A stretch of DNA of 62,718 nt, filler included, from an uncultured bacterium (GTDB lineage Bacteria > DAOPZR01), in the NCBI GenBank assembly GCA_964637655.1. It is 26 parts of 26 records of this genome, joined end to end, with 100 filler letters (N's around TTAATTAATTAA, not from the genome) between each part and the next. Parts side by side here need not be neighbours in the genome. Positions count along the whole stretch, not along the records: positions 17,709 to 20,089 come from CAZWUZ010000417.1; positions 20,190 to 22,540 come from CAZWUZ010000418.1; positions 22,641 to 24,990 come from CAZWUZ010000419.1; positions 25,091 to 27,430 come from CAZWUZ010000420.1; positions 27,531 to 29,855 come from CAZWUZ010000421.1; 21 more parts are not named here. One strand, written 5' to 3'. The translations under genes were made by a program, and so were the position numbers. The notes beneath the pieces are model-generated. The model saw only the letters and a list, made by a program, of their open reading frames with translations, made no database searches and had not been told where the DNA came from. Every line of letters begins with the position of its first letter. Position 1 is the stretch's first letter. Positions 18,596-27,548 of the stretch are shown piece after piece.

Positions 18596-19878
18596 CGATA
18601 GATCCCCAGTTTTTCATAGATTGGTGTCGGAGCACCGCGATCCCACCGCTCGACCAGTTCGCGCGCGGTTGCCCACGGAACCGGTGTTTGGGTGATCCCG
18701 TGTTTGTCCATCAGCTGTTGGATGGCTGCGGCCTGCGTGCAGCAGAGCCAGTCGGTGCAGGCCGACGGAAAATAGCTGCGCATGCGCTGGAAGATGACGT
18801 CGAACGGTTCATCGAGGACGTTGCCGAATGAAATATTGATAAATTCGCAAGGCTGTACTTCTCCGCTTGCGCCGACATAGAAGCGGTCGATCGCGCCACC
18901 GGTACAGCCGAGCACGTTGCGCTGCTCCTCGAACACCTGCGCCGCGAGTGCGGGGAACGGTTTTGTGGCGGGACTGTTGTAGCGCACGTGCTCTGTGCGA
19001 ATAAAGTCGATCAGCGTTTGGTCCGTCTGCATCGCTTCCGTGCGGCCCAGCCATTCGCCGGCCGGTTTGGGATGGATGAGCTGAACAAAGTCGCAGTCGA
19101 GCGAGCGGGTAAAATCCATGAGCTTTGCGATCCCGCCGCTACGGATTTCCTCTTCCGACAGGACCGTGTTGGCGGCCACCGAAAGACCGATTCGGCGCGC
19201 GGCACGGACCGTATTGCAGGCGGCTTCGAACGATCCCTCGACGTTGGTGAGCGCATCGTGCGTGCGGCGGTCGGGCGAGTGGATGGAGACCATCAGCCCG
19301 AGCACGCCCGCCTGTTTTAGTTCGGCGAGCTTTTCCGGGGTCGCCAGCATGCCGGAGGTGTTGACCCAGATTTCACTGCGCGCATCGAGCGACTTGACTA
19401 GGTTCAGCAGCCGCGGATAGCGGGCGAACGGTTCGCCGCCTTCAATATCGAAAAACGCGACGCCGGTGTCGCGCACCGCGCGGGCTGTTTCAATCATGAG
19501 CGCTTCGTCGAGCTCCTCGGCGGCATCCTTGCGCTGGTAGCAGTGTTCGCAGCGGCAGGGGCAGGCCTTGGTCATGGAATAGACGATCGTGGTTGGCCCG
19601 GCGGGCGAGCGCAGCAGCTTGCTTTCGACGGCATAGAAGAAGGCGGGTGACGGGTAGGCCGGCAGGTAAAGGTGAAGCTTGAAGCCCGCCGGAGTGCGTA
19701 CGATCTTGTTGTGGCGGAAGACCAGCAGCAACCGCAACGCGCGGCGCAGAAAACGGAAATAGGCCGCCGGCGAGGGGAACATTTTCGGCCGCCGGGCATA
19801 GTACAGCGGAATGTGCAGAATGATCCGCAGATAGACCATCGCCTTGCCGAAACCGGTGATGAAGCGGCGGGTACTCAT
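18592..19878 (-). CDS. Radical SAM protein with SPASM/twitch-like C-terminus
   Basis: CPCRCEHC (CxxxCxxC), GGEP, C.GG..RFYV..SGEVQPC; start at ATG 19878 overlapping the upstream stop. Confidence 0.88.
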   Translation of the reverse strand: MSTRRFITGFGKAMVYLRIILHIPLYYARRPKMFPSPAAYFRFLRRALRLLLVFRHNKIVRTPAGFKLHLYLPAYPSPAFFYAVESKLLRSPAGPTTIVYSMTKACPCRCEHCYQRKDAAEELDEALMIETARAVRDTGVAFFDIEGGEPFARYPRLLNLVKSLDARSEIWVNTSGMLATPEKLAELKQAGVLGLMVSIHSPDRRTHDALTNVEGSFEAACNTVRAARRIGLSVAANTVLSEEEIRSGGIAKLMDFTRSLDCDFVQLIHPKPAGEWLGRTEAMQTDQTLIDFIRTEHVRYNSPATKPFPALAAQVFEEQRNVLGCTGGAIDRFYVGASGEVQPCEFINISFGNVLDEPFDVIFQRMRSYFPSACTDWLCCTQAAAIQQLMDKHGITQTPVPWATARELVERWDRGAPTPIYEKLGIYR

Positions 19879-20087
19879 GAGCGTGCATCCTTGTAGAGGT
19901 TGAAAAGGAAACCGATGAAGATGTAGCTGGCGGAGAGGAGATAGAGCGCGAGCGTGCCGTTGAAGATGGCGATCAGCGCGATCTGTCCCGCCGCGCAGGC
20001 GCGTATGTTCGTGGCGAGGCTGAAGTAGGTGCGTTCGCCGGTCGGGTTGCGGAAGAAGAGTATGGCGGTCCAAATCTGCAGCAGCGT
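19875..20087 (-). CDS. C-terminal fragment of a membrane protein, possibly UbiA-family prenyltransferase
   Basis: ..WTAILFFRNPTGERTYFSLATNIRACAAGQIALIAIFN..LFNLYKDARS*; family assignment rests on the tail only. Confidence 0.5.
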   Translation of the reverse strand, partial: TLLQIWTAILFFRNPTGERTYFSLATNIRACAAGQIALIAIFNGTLALYLLSASYIFIGFLFNLYKDARS

Positions 20088-20189
20088 GGNNNNNNNNNNN
20101 NNNNNNNNNNNNNNNNNNNNNNNNNNNNNNNNNTTAATTAATTAANNNNNNNNNNNNNNNNNNNNNNNNNNNNNNNNNNNNNNNNNNNN

Positions 20190-20570
20190 GACGACGATGA
20201 TGGTGCGGCGCCCGAGATCGGGCGGGAGCTTGCAGTAGTATTCCACCGGCTGCAGGGTCTTCTCGTCACGCCACATGCCGATATGCCCGACCCGCGCGGT
20301 GGGGATTAGCTTGAGGATGCCGTTGAGCATCCCCAGCCCCGCGCGCAGGATGGGAATGACCGCGAAGGTGGTGTCGGCCACCGGGAAACGCCCGCGCCCG
20401 AGCGGGGTCTCGACCTCGATGAGACGGGTGGGAATGCTGCGCGTTACTTCGAAGGCCATGAGCAGCGAGAGTTCTTCGAGCAGTTCGCGGAAGAGGTGCG
20501 GCGGGGTGTCCACCTGCCGCATGGCGGTCAGTTTCTGTGCGATGAGCGGGTGCTCGATAATGGTGATCAT
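20190..20570 (-). CDS. upp: Uracil phosphoribosyltransferase (3' truncated)
   Basis: HPLI..KLT.MR, ETPL, IPILRAGLGM, ARVGHIG..RDEKTL.PVEYYCKLP. Confidence 0.95.
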
Positions 20571-20608
20571 GCTGTCCTCCCGGGCGCCGCAGGGCGCTCC
20601 GTGCCGGC

Positions 20609-20637
20609 ATTGTAAGGGGTTATGGCGGATTTGTCAA
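20609..20637 (-). promoter_or_regulatory. sigma70 promoter of upp
   Basis: TTGACA-17bp-TACAAT. Confidence 0.8.
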
Positions 20638-20644
20638 CCGTATC

Positions 20645-20673
20645 TTGCAAAAAAACGCGCGGTATGCTATACT
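20645..20673 (+). promoter_or_regulatory. sigma70 promoter of the rpmE operon
   Basis: TTGCAA-17bp-TATACT with TG extension; back-to-back with the upp promoter. Confidence 0.75.
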
Positions 20674-20729
20674 ATGCGCGTGTTTATGCATCGGGGATAG
20701 TGTCGAAAAGCGACACGAAGGAGGCAGTT

Positions 20730-20960
20730 ATGCGCGAGAAAATCCATCCGGAGTACAAGGATACGGAGATCACCTGCGCCTGCGGCGAAGTCATCAAAAC
20801 GCGGTCGACCCGCCAGAACATCAAGGTAGAAATCTGCTCGAAGTGCCATCCGTTCTTCACCGGGCGGCAGAAGCTGATGGATACCGCGGGCCGCATCGAG
20901 AAGTTCAAGACGCGCTACGCCAAGACCGCAGCCAAGACCGCCGCCAAGAAGAAAGCGTAA
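20730..20960 (+). CDS. rpmE: 50S ribosomal protein L31 (zinc-binding type)
   Basis: [42 protein letters not shown]. Confidence 0.97.
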   Translation: MREKIHPEYKDTEITCACGEVIKTRSTRQNIKVEICSKCHPFFTGRQKLMDTAGRIEKFKTRYAKTAAKTAAKKKA

Positions 20961-20973
20961 GCTGTCGTTGCTG

Positions 20974-21936
20974 ATGGCCATGACGCCCGACGTGTGCCAT
21001 GCCGACCGCCCGAAGGTGGGCGGGCAGGCGGTCATCGAGGGGGTCATGATGCGGGCGCCGCACGCCTACGCGCTGGCGTTGCGCAACACCGTCACCCGCG
21101 CCATCGAGGTGCAGGTCTTTCCCACGCCCGTGCGGGCGAAAAAGGGGCCGCGCGCCTGGCCGTTCGTCCGCGGTGTCTTCGAACTCTTCGGCATGCTGTG
21201 GATCGGCATGAAGACGCTGCTGATTTCCGCCGACCGCGCAGTCGCGCTCGAGGAGGAAAAGCAGGCGCGGGCGAAGGGTGAATCCGCGCCCGCGGCCGCA
21301 GCGGCGAAAAAACCGGGCATCTCGTCGCGCGAGGCGGCGCTGACCATCACCGCGGCCATCGCCTTCGCTGTCTTCCTCTTTGTGCTGCTGCCGCTGGGGG
21401 CGACGGAACTGGTGCATCGCTTCGCCTTCGGCCTCGGCAACCTCGGCTATCAGGCGGTGGACGGGGTCATCCGCGTCATCGTCTTTCTCGTCTATCTCGC
21501 CGTCATCGGGCTGCTCCCCGACATCCGCCACGTCTTCGCCTATCACGGGGCGGAACACAAGGCCATCCACGCCTACGAGGCGGGGCTGCCGCTGACGGTC
21601 GCCTCGGCGGCGCGCTACGGGACGGCGCACCGCCGCTGCGGCACCAACTTCCTGTTTATCGTCATCATCATCAGCATCATCGTCTTCGCGCTGGCCGCGA
21701 CCGACAGTATCGCGTGGAAGGTGCTCTCGCGCATCGTCCTGCTCCCCGTCATCATCGGGGTCTCCTACGAGATTCTCAAACTGGCGGACCGCGCCGGCCG
21801 TATCGGCGGTCTGCTCGCCGCGCCCGGCATGTGGCTGCAGCGCCTGACCACGCGCGAGCCGAGCGACGCGCAGGTCGAAGTCGCGCTCGCCGCGCTCAAG
21901 GCGGTGCTTCCCGCGGAGGCGGGCGATGCTCGCTAA
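20974..21936 (+). CDS. DUF1385 family membrane protein
   Basis: [40 protein letters not shown]. Confidence 0.93.
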   Translation: MAMTPDVCHADRPKVGGQAVIEGVMMRAPHAYALALRNTVTRAIEVQVFPTPVRAKKGPRAWPFVRGVFELFGMLWIGMKTLLISADRAVALEEEKQARAKGESAPAAAAAKKPGISSREAALTITAAIAFAVFLFVLLPLGATELVHRFAFGLGNLGYQAVDGVIRVIVFLVYLAVIGLLPDIRHVFAYHGAEHKAIHAYEAGLPLTVASAARYGTAHRRCGTNFLFIVIIISIIVFALAATDSIAWKVLSRIVLLPVIIGVSYEILKLADRAGRIGGLLAAPGMWLQRLTTREPSDAQVEVALAALKAVLPAEAGDAR

Positions 21937-22540
21937 GCTCGCGCGCCTGGAACAGCGCGAGCAGGAACTGCTGGCGCAGCTGTCGTCGCCGGCGGTGCTG
22001 GGCAACCCGCGCGAAATCGTCGTGCGGCAGCGCGAACTGGCGCACCTGCAGCAGGTGGTCACGGCCGGGCGGAAGTACCGCAGCGTGCTCAAGCGGCGCG
22101 AGGAGGCGGAACTCCTGCTCGCCGACAGCGATCCCGCCCTGCGCGCCATGGCGAAAGAGGAACTCGCCGAGGTGGCGCAGGCCGAGGAGGGGGTGGCGCG
22201 CGAGTTCAAGCGCCTGCTGCTGCCGCGCGACCCCAATGACGACAGGAACGTGCTCATCGAAATCCGCGCCGGCACGGGCGGCGAGGAAGCGGCACTCGTC
22301 GCCGCCGACCTGTTCCGCATGTACGCCCGTTTCGCCGAGCGCGCCGGCTGGAAGAAGGAGATCATCAGCAGCACGGACTCCGCCAATGGCGGCTACAAGG
22401 AAGTCATCATGATGGTCACCGCCACCGGTGCCTTCGCCCGCCTCAAGTACGAGAGCGGGGTGCATCGCGTGCAGCGCGTGCCGGTGACGGAGGCGAGCGG
22501 ACGCATCCACACCTCGGCAGCGACCGTGGCGGTGCTCCCC
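21926..22540 (+). CDS. prfA: Peptide chain release factor 1 (3' truncated)
   Basis: [41 protein letters not shown] (PVT motif). Confidence 0.96.
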
Positions 22541-22640
22541 NNNNNNNNNNNNNNNNNNNNNNNNNNNNNNNNNNNNNNNNNNNNTTAATTAATTAANNNN
22601 NNNNNNNNNNNNNNNNNNNNNNNNNNNNNNNNNNNNNNNN

Positions 22641-23075
22641 CTGCGGCTTGCCGATGGCAATGAGGCCGAGCGCCGCGAGCAGCAGACCGGGCGCCCACCA
22701 GTGCCCGGCCGACAGGCCCGTGGCGCGACTGATGGCAAGAATGCCGAACAGCCCGGCACTGAACACCCAGAGAATGCGGTTGTTGAGACGGTAGATGTTA
22801 TCGGTCAGCGGGGGGAGTTTCTCGCGCAGCGCGCGCAGTGCCGCCTCGGAATCAGCCGTACGGGAGCGCGCCGGCCGCTGCGGTTTCTGCTCCGGGAGCG
22901 GTGCTGCCGGGCTGTCGCTGAATTCCACGGGGGGCGGCACGAACACCGGCGACGGTGCCGTCATCTCGACCGGGACGGCGGCGGGCGCGGAATCGGCTGC
23001 CGGCCGCCGTTTCGGCTGTTTTGCGTAATCGGTCAGGAAGGACGGTACCCGGTTCGGGGTATCGCTCATCGTCAT
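22641..23075 (-). CDS. Hypothetical protein with Pro-rich N-terminus and TM helices (3' truncated)
   Basis: ORF with its own promoter and two hydrophobic segments. Confidence 0.65.
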
Positions 23076-23095
23076 TATCCCCCGTCAACCGTTGC

Positions 23096-23124
23096 ACTTT
23101 ACCACCCTGCCGGCCACTTGTCAA
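23096..23124 (-). promoter_or_regulatory. sigma70-type promoter
   Basis: TTGACA-17bp-TAAAGT with TG extension. Confidence 0.7.
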
Positions 23125-23251
23125 AAACCCGTGCGCGGGACGAATACGCCGGTGCGACAGCGGGGCACGGTACGTGAGCTGTGCAGGAACTGGCCGCGAG
23201 GCGCGACTGCGGTTGCGCGCATTGACGTGTCTGGCGTCAGCAGGAACGCAG

Positions 23252-23291
23252 AAAAAGAGGGCGACGCGATGTTGCCACCGCGCCGCCCCTC
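23252..23291 (-). terminator. Intrinsic terminator after hppA
   Basis: GC stem with GCAA loop followed by TTTTT on the minus strand. Confidence 0.8.
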
Positions 23292-23307
23292 GTGTGGTAC
23301 GGAGTTG

Positions 23308-24990
23308 CTACTTCTCGTCGACCGGAATGCGCATGGCGTAGAACGAACGCCAGACGAAAACGAGCGCGACGATGAAGAAAATGATCCCGAACGTGAGCGC
23401 CGTGCTGCGGGTCAGTTCGAGCGCAATCTCCATCGCCAGCAGGCCGAAGAGGGTGGTGAACTTGATGATCGGGTTGAGCGCCACGGACGAGGTGTCCTTG
23501 AACGGGTCGCCAACCGTGTCGCCGATGACGGTGGCATCATGCAGCGGCGTCCCCTTCATCTTCAGTTCGCACTCGACCAGTTTCTTGGCATTGTCCCAGC
23601 AGCCGCCCGCATTCGCCATGAAAATGGCCTGGAAGAGGCCGAAGACAGCGATGGCGATGAGGTAGCTGATGAAGAACGACGCCGGCGCCGAATGCTCTTC
23701 GAGCGCCTTTTTCGCTGCCGCCGCCGCCTCGGCAGCCGTGGCCGCCGGAGCCATGGTCACCGGGGCCTGGGCAATCAGTGCGGGCACTGCTGCTGCCGGT
23801 GCCACGAGCGGAGCCGCCAGTTCCGCTGAGGCCGGTACCGGGGTCGACGTCACCACCGGTTCCGCGCCGCCACCCTGCACCGGCGCCGCCGCAACTGCCG
23901 GTGCGGCAACTTCCGCCAGCGGCACATTCGGCGTCACCTTGCCGGGCGCCGAGAGGAAGGCAAAAGCGAGCGCGAAACTGAAAATGGCGATGAAGATGTT
24001 GAACATCCCCGCCTGCGCGTACTGCGTGCAGATCTTCACCACTTCCTTGGACGCCTCGACCGACGCCGACTTGGCGGCATTATCATCGAGTTGGATGTTC
24101 TTCTTGATGTACTCGACCGCGCGGTAGGCACCGGTCGTCACGGCCTGGATGGAGGCACCGGTGAACCAGTAGATGACCGCGCCGCCGCAGAGGAAGCCGA
24201 GCAGCGTGTACGGATTGAGCAGGTTGAGCACCATCTCCGGCTCGATGCCGAGCACTTTCTTGAGCACGAGGATGAGCGAGAAAATCATCGTCGTGGCGGC
24301 GACCACCGCGGTGCCGATGAGCACCGGTTTGGCCGTCGCTTTGAAGGTGTTGCCCGCCCCGTCATTCTCCTCGAGGTACTGCTTGGCCTTCTCAAAGTCG
24401 GGCTTGAACCCGTACTCCTTCTCGATTTCCTGGCTGATGTTCGGCAGCGTTTCGATCAGCGACAGTTCGTAGATCGACTGCGCGTTGTCCGTGACCGGGC
24501 CGTAGGAATCGACCGCGATGGTCACGGGGCCCATGCCGAGGAACCCGAAAGCAACGAGTCCGAAGGCGAAGACCGAGGGGTAAATCATAAACTCGGGCGG
24601 AATGCTGCCGCTCGCCCAGTAGGCGACAAACATCAGGCCGGCGATGAGGATCCCCTGCCAGAAGGCGCTGAAATTGCCCGCGACGAGCCCGGAGAGCACG
24701 GTCAGTGACGCCCCGCCCTCCTTCGAGGCGGTGACGACTTCGCGCGTGTGCTTGCACTTGGTGCTGGTGAAGATCTGCGTGAAGAGCGGGATCAGCCAGC
24801 CCGCGGCGGTGCCGCAGGAGATGATCACCGACAGCCACATCCACAGGTTGGCCGGGTAATGCCCGAGCAGCAGGTAGCTGACCGCGAAGGTGACCGCGAT
24901 GGAGAGCATCGAGGTGAGGAACACGAGTTTCTCGAGCGGCGCCTCGAAATCGATGTCATCCTTGCCCGCGTACTTCATGTCGGTCAGGAC
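23308..24990 (-). CDS. hppA: Membrane-bound ion-translocating pyrophosphatase (5' truncated)
   Basis: DSYGPVTDNA, DGAGNTFKATAK, GGCWDNAKK, GDTVGDPFKDTS. Confidence 0.95.
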   Translation of the reverse strand, partial: VLTDMKYAGKDDIDFEAPLEKLVFLTSMLSIAVTFAVSYLLLGHYPANLWMWLSVIISCGTAAGWLIPLFTQIFTSTKCKHTREVVTASKEGGASLTVLSGLVAGNFSAFWQGILIAGLMFVAYWASGSIPPEFMIYPSVFAFGLVAFGFLGMGPVTIAVDSYGPVTDNAQSIYELSLIETLPNISQEIEKEYGFKPDFEKAKQYLEENDGAGNTFKATAKPVLIGTAVVAATTMIFSLILVLKKVLGIEPEMVLNLLNPYTLLGFLCGGAVIYWFTGASIQAVTTGAYRAVEYIKKNIQLDDNAAKSASVEASKEVVKICTQYAQAGMFNIFIAIFSFALAFAFLSAPGKVTPNVPLAEVAAPAVAAAPVQGGGAEPVVTSTPVPASAELAAPLVAPAAAVPALIAQAPVTMAPAATAAEAAAAAKKALEEHSAPASFFISYLIAIAVFGLFQAIFMANAGGCWDNAKKLVECELKMKGTPLHDATVIGDTVGDPFKDTSSVALNPIIKFTTLFGLLAMEIALELTRSTALTFGIIFFIVALVFVWRSFYAMRIPVDEK

Positions 24991-25090
24991 NNNNNNNNNN
25001 NNNNNNNNNNNNNNNNNNNNNNNNNNNNNNNNNNTTAATTAATTAANNNNNNNNNNNNNNNNNNNNNNNNNNNNNNNNNNNNNNNNNNNN

Positions 25091-25538
25091 ACGCCGCCTT
25101 GCGCATGTCACGGTCAAGCTGCGCCTCGGTCTGGAAAGTCAGGCCGTCATGCCAGCACCGCACCCGCATGTCCAGGCCGTCGGCAAGTTCCATCAGCAAT
25201 TCGTTTTCGCCCACTTCGGTCACGCGCCCGACACGCAGGGCCTTCGTCACGTCCGCAGACAGTCCTTGCCCAAGCACCAGACGCGCGGGCTTGACGGCGC
25301 GCTCGTAACCCAGATGCCCGTAGACGATGCGCCCGTCGTCGTAGACCTTCAGGCGATGCACGGCATGACCCATTTCCCACCCGTCGGCCACGCGGAGTAA
25401 ACGCGGGTCGGCCAGCAGCAGCGGGGACTTCGCATCCCCGCGGGCAGCGTGGACGTATTTCGGGTAGGCCAGAATGGTAGCGCGGGACTCCCTGCCCCCG
25501 CCTTCCAGCGTCGTGAAATGGTTCAGCGCCACAGCCAT
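25091..25538 (-). CDS. Hypothetical protein, phage-like context (3' truncated)
   Basis: ORF directly downstream of the cupin gene. Confidence 0.55.
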
Positions 25539-25541
25539 CCG

Positions 25542-25901
25542 TCAGCCCCCATTCGCCTTCACCGGCCCGCCGTGATCGGCGCGCTCGATGTCCTCCGCGT
25601 CCAGCTCCGTCCAGTAGACCTCCAGCGCGAACGCGTGCAGCTCCGTGCTCTCGAACCAGTGCCAGAGACCCGGCGGGACCGTCATGCTCTCGCCCGCCAT
25701 CAACTCCGTGACGTCCGTCAGGCCGTAAGGGGCCTCCACGTGCACCCGCAGCCTGCCGCTCTCGACGTGAAACAGGTTGAACTTGTGCGCGTGCCGGTGC
25801 CGGCTGCAGCGCATCCACGGCAGCACCGCCAGGCGGTGCACCTCGACGCCCGCGCCCGCGAACACCCGCCACGTCTCGCCCCAGCACTTGCCGCTTTTCA
25901 A
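25542..25901 (-). CDS. Cupin-domain protein of a type often seen in phages
   Basis: GK.WG.T, CSRHRH..K.N.F.VESG, VPPGLWHWF, EVYW. Confidence 0.8.
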   Translation of the reverse strand: MKSGKCWGETWRVFAGAGVEVHRLAVLPWMRCSRHRHAHKFNLFHVESGRLRVHVEAPYGLTDVTELMAGESMTVPPGLWHWFESTELHAFALEVYWTELDAEDIERADHGGPVKANGG

Positions 25902-25997
25902 CGTTCCCCCCTTCCCCCTGTCAAAGGCTACACGCCGCGACCGCGCCGCGGCAACAGCGAAAAAAGCATCTGCATGGCGGATGCTCTTTGAAGAAAA

Positions 25998-26030
25998 GAA
26001 CCTGAGAACCTGAGACGCTGAGAACCGGAG
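25998..26030 (+). repeat. Octamer tandem array (CTGAGAAC-like)
   Basis: GAACCTGAGAACCTGAGACGCTGAGAACCGGAG; inverted copy at 26871-26901. Confidence 0.85.
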
Positions 26031-26870
26031 TCAGAAGAGGCGGCCCCCAAGCCGTTCCGCGGCGCTTGGATTCAGCCAGAGCACCTCCGTCCGCTCCCTG
26101 GCGCCGTCGGCCAGCGCCCTGCGCCTCACCTGCCGCCAGTGGCCGACGTGCTCCGCATAGAGCGCGCTGTCGTAGCCCGAGAGCACCACCATGCCGCGGA
26201 CGCCCTTCAGCGCGTCGAGCACTTCGACGTGCTCCGCGTCGGTCATCTCGTGAGCGTAGCAGTGCGGCGAATGCGCCTGTGGGCTCCTCGTTTCGTGCAC
26301 GTAGGGCGGATCGCAGTAGAACACCGTCTCTTCGGAATCCTGTTGCGCAATGATCGCCAGGGCTGGCCGGTGTTCGATAACGACGCCGCGGAGGCGGCAG
26401 ATGATCGCGGTAAGCGCGTCCGGAAAATTGCACCAGTCGTGGACGGGGGCCGTGCAATTCCGGTTCGCGTTGGCCATGAAGCCGCTCCGTCTGCAGACGT
26501 TGTGCGCGTCCGAGCCAAACCCCATGAACGCCCGGATGACCAGGCGCCGCGCGTCCTCCAGCGGCTCGCCCGATAGGCCCATCGCCGCGGCATACTCCGC
26601 CCGGGCGAACGGGGTCAGTCTGAGCGCTTCGCGCAGTTCCTCCCCCCGGTCGCGGACCATGCGGAAAAGGTTCACGATCTCGTCGTCAAGGTCGTTGATG
26701 ACCTCGGAGAAGCTCCTGCGCTTGCGAAGCAGGACCGATGCCGCCCCACAGAACGGTTCGACGTAGACGCGGTGCGGCGGCAGGTGCGCGATGATCCACG
26801 GCGCAAGCAGCCACTTGCCCCCGTGGTAGCGCAGCAGCGGTCGAGTCGGTTTGTCGTTCGTTGGTGTCAA
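26031..26870 (-). CDS. DNA adenine methyltransferase (D12/Dam family)
   Basis: RYHGGKW, YVEPFCGAASV, EVIND, FYCDPPY, SGY, RTEVLW.N. Confidence 0.93.
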   Translation of the reverse strand: MTPTNDKPTRPLLRYHGGKWLLAPWIIAHLPPHRVYVEPFCGAASVLLRKRRSFSEVINDLDDEIVNLFRMVRDRGEELREALRLTPFARAEYAAAMGLSGEPLEDARRLVIRAFMGFGSDAHNVCRRSGFMANANRNCTAPVHDWCNFPDALTAIICRLRGVVIEHRPALAIIAQQDSEETVFYCDPPYVHETRSPQAHSPHCYAHEMTDAEHVEVLDALKGVRGMVVLSGYDSALYAEHVGHWRQVRRRALADGARERTEVLWLNPSAAERLGGRLF

Positions 26871-26901
26871 CTCAGGCTCTCAGGTTCTCAGCGTCTCAGG
26901 G
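26871..26901 (-). repeat. Octamer tandem array, inverted relative to 25998-26030
   Basis: 26883-26900 is the exact reverse complement of 26009-26026 (CCTGAGACGCTGAGAACC). Confidence 0.85.
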
Positions 26902-27356
26902 TCTATCTGCGCGAACATCGCCCGCACCGCCTGCCAGGCGTCCGGCAGGATGGCGTAATGCCTGCGGTCGCCCCAGTCCCGCGCGCGGTCCTCGTTCCAG
27001 TAGAGGACGCCCGCGTCGCGCGCCTCCTCCAGCGCCCGGCGGACGCGCCCGCGCGTGATGTTGTCCGTCTTGTCGAACAGCTCCTCGGCCAGCTCCCTCA
27101 CCGAGTGCGCCAGCGGCGCGAGCGGCAGCGCCGAGAGCACCAGCAGGCCGTCGGCCGTGAAGCGCGACGCGTCCAGGCGGCCGTCGTCGTCGAGCGCCGG
27201 CTCGCGCAGCGCCCTCATCGCGCGGATCCGGCAGGCCTGCACCGACCGCCCGGGCAGCCGCGCCGAGGCCCGCGACGCCGCGCCCATCGAACCCCTCGAC
27301 CACTCCTCGCGAATCACCCACTCCTCCGCCGCCCGCCAGGTTGCACCGTTCGCCAT
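26880..27356 (-). CDS. Hypothetical protein, possible Myb-like plus winged-HTH DNA-binding protein
   Basis: W..AEE..I..RLPGRS..AC..RA (Myb/SANT-like) and SVRELAEEL..VRRALEE. Confidence 0.5.
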   Translation of the reverse strand: MANGATWRAAEEWVIREEWSRGSMGAASRASARLPGRSVQACRIRAMRALREPALDDDGRLDASRFTADGLLVLSALPLAPLAHSVRELAEELFDKTDNITRGRVRRALEEARDAGVLYWNEDRARDWGDRRHYAILPDAWQAVRAMFAQIDPETLRT

Positions 27357-27393
27357 GATTCCCCCCGTGGTTCGTGAACTTCTTCCGTTCCTG

Positions 27394-27421
27394 CAGCCTA
27401 CAGCCTGGAGCCTACAGCCTG
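27394..27421 (+). repeat. Heptamer tandem array (CAGCCTA/G x4)
   Basis: CAGCCTA CAGCCTG GAGCCTA CAGCCTG near the contig end. Confidence 0.8.
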
Positions 27422-27548
27422 CCGCTTTCANNNNNNNNNNNNNNNNNNNNNNNNNNNNNNNNNNNNNNNNNNNNTTAATTAATTAANNNNNNNNNNNNNN
27501 NNNNNNNNNNNNNNNNNNNNNNNNNNNNNNGACTGCTGCCGTCCCTGT

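Noticed and set aside
20700-20716. Hairpin GTGTCG-AAAAG-CGACAC in the rpmE 5' UTR as an L31 leader
   Set aside because: A single 6-bp hairpin is too little evidence without comparative data.
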